From: Phoronis australis
Taxonomy: Eukaryota; Animalia; Phoronida
Reading direction: 5' to 3'
Length of the DNA stretch: 64,000 nt
NCBI GenBank assembly: GCA_002633005.1
Contig: NMRA01000017.1
Coordinates: forward strand, 1,214,737-1,278,736
A program made the translations under genes and the position numbers. Under the pieces are notes generated by a model, which saw only the letters and a list, made by a program, of their open reading frames with translations, did no database searches and was not told where the DNA came from. Below, in pieces: positions 61,401 through 64,000 of the stretch. Within the stretch, counting starts at the first letter, position 1, and every line of letters starts with the position of its first letter.

Positions 61401-63873
61401 ATTTCACGAAACAATAGTATCCTTGGGAGGATCTGGATCGCCTTATTTAGTTTCAGATATATTTTCTACGTTATTTGTTAACAAATGCATGTTTTTGAAT
61501 GTTAAATTCTTGTTCTAAATATTATCTAGATTTTAATGAATGACATTTTTCAATCACTGTAATATTGTAAGTTCTTACTAAATGCTGCTATTGTGTGACC
61601 ACAGGAGCAGATGATGCTGCCATAGATAAGATAATACAACAACACAACAAGCAGGTGGAGCAGTTGCAGAGTGAACATGAACAAAACCGGCTGGACCAGG
61701 AAGAGAAATTTAAAAGACAGCTCGCCAAGAGGCGCAGGGAATGGGCGCAACGACGGGAAGACGAAAAGAGTGAACAAGGGAAACTCAGAGAACATGATGC
61801 CAAAGTGATTCAGTAAGTTGTGAATTCCCTTTTTCTGTCAAGGCTTGTGTGGTTGAAGTTCAGTGTTATTCAGTGAGTTCTGAATTGTGAGATAAACTGT
61901 TTGTGTTACTCCGGCCATATTTGCAGGACATGAAAAGCATGGCATAGTTAGCAACCCGTGACTGATATTTGTTCATTTCAGTCATCATAAGCACATGATC
62001 ATGGTTAATGTGCTGATAATGGTGTATTAGACTCATCTTCAAGAAAGTTAACTAGTTGATTGAATTTTGCTTTTAAAGAATGATGTTGAAGTGTTATCGG
62101 TGATTACTTCTAAATTTGACTATTTTTCTTCTTGTTTTCTAAAGATGGTAAGTTTCTATCGACACTCAGTGTGAGAGGGGAAGGGATTGCATTATTATTT
62201 GTACATTTGTTGCATGAATGTGGCTGTTACAGTAAACATATAATTTTGGGAAATGTTGAACCATGTTGCTTGAATTTTATTGTTGCGCTAGTTTCATTAA
62301 TGTCTTTTTGTTTTGCTATGTGACCAAACACTGAATCGTAATAAGATATTATTATGAGTGGTCTAGTAAAGCCTTGTTGAAAATATTTGATTTTTTTCAA
62401 AGAAAAAAAATCTAGTGTTGGGCATTATATGCATATTAAAATGGTTTAAATATCTACTAACTGTTAAAATTACTATTTTCAGTCTTTACTGATAACGTTA
62501 GTCAAATTTGGTGATTGATCAAACAAATTTGCTCAGTAGTCCAAGCTTTGCATTGAGTTCTTCACTTTAAGTGTTTCATTGCCTTTACTGTTAGACTATC
62601 CTCTATCTCTCTGTAAACTGTACTCAAACAAGCCTACACTAATGCGTTTCTACCACTATTTGACAGCAACCTTATTGGCAACCAAGTTGCCATGTCTGAA
62701 GATGAGCGAGACCGCATCCTACAGGAACACGAGAAGCAGATGGTGAAATTAGAAAACAACCTGACACTCAACAAACTGCAGCAGCAAAGGATGCTGGGTG
62801 AAAAACTGGCTGCTAAGAAAAAGCAACAGATGGAGAAGTTGCAGAAAAAACAAGTGACTGAAATAAAGGTGAGTGTCGTCTGCCTTTACTTCTTCTAGGT
62901 CAGATTTAATTTTTTTTTCAACTTGGCTCAAATTGATAAACCTTCAGTTATCATAGACATATGACCATATGGTAAAAACGTACGTCACAAGGCCGTTTCC
63001 AGAGGTGAAAAGGAGACCGAAATTGACGCAATGTGGTCATTTATTATGATAAAATAGAAGTTGAAAGAGTGGGAATGAAAAATAATATTGCTTAGCTACA
63101 AGTTACACTGCTGCTTTTTTAGAGCGTAAGTGTTGGATCAGAGTACATATCATTTCCTACACAAATCAATACTAAGAACAGGTATTCTATTGTCTTTCTT
63201 GTATGGGTATGGTTGCATAACCTGTCTCCTCTAAGTTTGGTCAGTTGAGTGCACAGTGAGTGACCGATCTTGTGATCCCAACATATGCGTTGTGATGGTT
63301 TTCTATTCAAGCATGAAAGACGACTCTAGCTAAAACGTGTACTCACTGTGATTGCATTGTTGGGTCGACTAGTCACTCATTTCTGTAACTATACCTTTGG
63401 AGGCTCAGAAAAAGAGTCACTGTTTTTGTGATAAATTACTGTTTGTTCACAACTTTCCTATCATTGGTTATTTAATAGAACACATTAATAAAATCAAATG
63501 TATTGAACATACTATCTAGTGTGTTTTTGAAGTGACTGAAGTCTTGGCATATCTTGCCAAATCACTCATTTTTTGCATTTTTCGTCATTGTTAGGATAAG
63601 AGCTCATGAGAAGTGTTCTGTATTCGCCATAAATGAGTACAAACAGCTTGCGTCTGTGACTTAAGTGAACCAGCCATGCGACCCCAAATATGTGTTCATG
63701 TAAACACGTTTTATGGATTGTAGAAACAAGAAAAGTCTCAGGCACGTAATGTAGATGATGAAGATGAAGATGAGCAACACACGGCCACGCTGGAGTTGCT
63801 ACGGAAACAGGCTCAGCAACGACTGGATCTACTGCACGGGCAGACGGTCGACTACACACAGGAGTTGGAAAAT
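46425..63873 (+). CDS. EVC2: EVC2/LIMBIN-like type-I membrane protein with expanded ectodomain (3'-incomplete; ~1560 aa in window)
   Basis: Exons, all GT-AG and phase-compatible: 46425-47846, 48368-48590, 49335-49511, 50134-50375, 50957-51118, 51863-52085, 52799-52923, 53274-53351, 54010-54165, 54614-54681, 55193-55270, 55959-56202, 56728-56808, 57571-57681, 58276-58500, 58792-58871, 59645-59877, 60417-60608, 61605-61812, 62667-62868, 63724-63873. Signal peptide: MRHCWMLAVLLLPSFLAVING. The TM region DHGFTALSFFAAAIIAILVVVLIMCLYMRY and the juxtamembrane ETISVDESIVCILSSND...LDILNTIKVDTEIENER resemble the vertebrate EVC2 HG...FF.A TM and ILSSED segments as I recall them. Coiled coils follow, and no stop is reached in the window. 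Confidence 0.85.
46953..47417 (+). repeat. Four tandem Cys-rich coding repeats (~38-43 aa) in the EVC2-like ectodomain
   Basis: The consensus LxNATCIPxxCxxxxNxTCIGxxCLNWTxxxC occurs four times within the 1422-nt first coding exon. Confidence 0.95.
54924..55201 (+). repeat. 4 x 69-bp near-perfect tandem repeat overlapping an EVC2-like splice acceptor
   Basis: Unit: tcctggtaattttattgtactgactgtcaggtatatttcatgttggagtattatcttggcaggaccata. The junction ggcag|gacc recurs at 54986, 55055, 55124 and 55193. Confidence 0.95.
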
Positions 63874-64000
63874 GTAAGTGGAACTAGAAGCCGCTGTCAG
63901 TAAACGAATGCGTGTTGTTAATGTGTTGGCTATTCCAAACTATTTATTGCTAAGGCAGACAAATGATGGCTTGATGGCAAAAAGTAACCAATAGCGTGTC

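Noticed and set aside
13106-63859. Many short antisense ORFs overlapping the exons (e.g. 17164-17388, 20194-20499, 30446-30793, 59631-59822, 61550-61803)
   Set aside because: Shadow frames of E/K/Q-rich coding exons, which yield S/L/F/C-rich antisense translations.

Overview
AT-rich animal genomic DNA with GT-AG spliceosomal introns and many transposon remnants; a marine invertebrate is my inference, since the sequence cannot establish the organism. Most of the window is a head-to-head pair of multi-exon genes that I assembled by hand from splice sites and reading-frame continuity. On the minus strand is a complete EVC-like gene (21 coding exons, 41518->15833, about 944 aa) with an N-terminal signal-anchor and long coiled coils. 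On the plus strand is an EVC2/LIMBIN-like type-I membrane protein gene (from 46425, 21 coding exons and about 1560 aa in the window, continuing past the right edge). Their inferred 5' ends flank about 0.15-0.3 kb near 43.9-44.2 kb, which carries outward-facing YY1-type motifs and X-box-like motifs. The EVC2-like ectodomain is about 890 aa, roughly three times the vertebrate one. It contains four tandem Cys/N-glycan-rich repeats that I do not recognise, DUF11/pilin-like beta-sandwich motifs and furin-type sites. Other features: a tRNA-Val(AAC) gene, a small orphan membrane-protein ORF, a 2.7-kb P-element-type relic with a spliced THAP remnant, several MITEs with 5-bp TSDs, a Tc1/mariner-type MITE, LINE fragments, minisatellites that duplicate splice sites in both genes, and a 268-N gap. 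All homology calls come from remembered family features; no database search was run.
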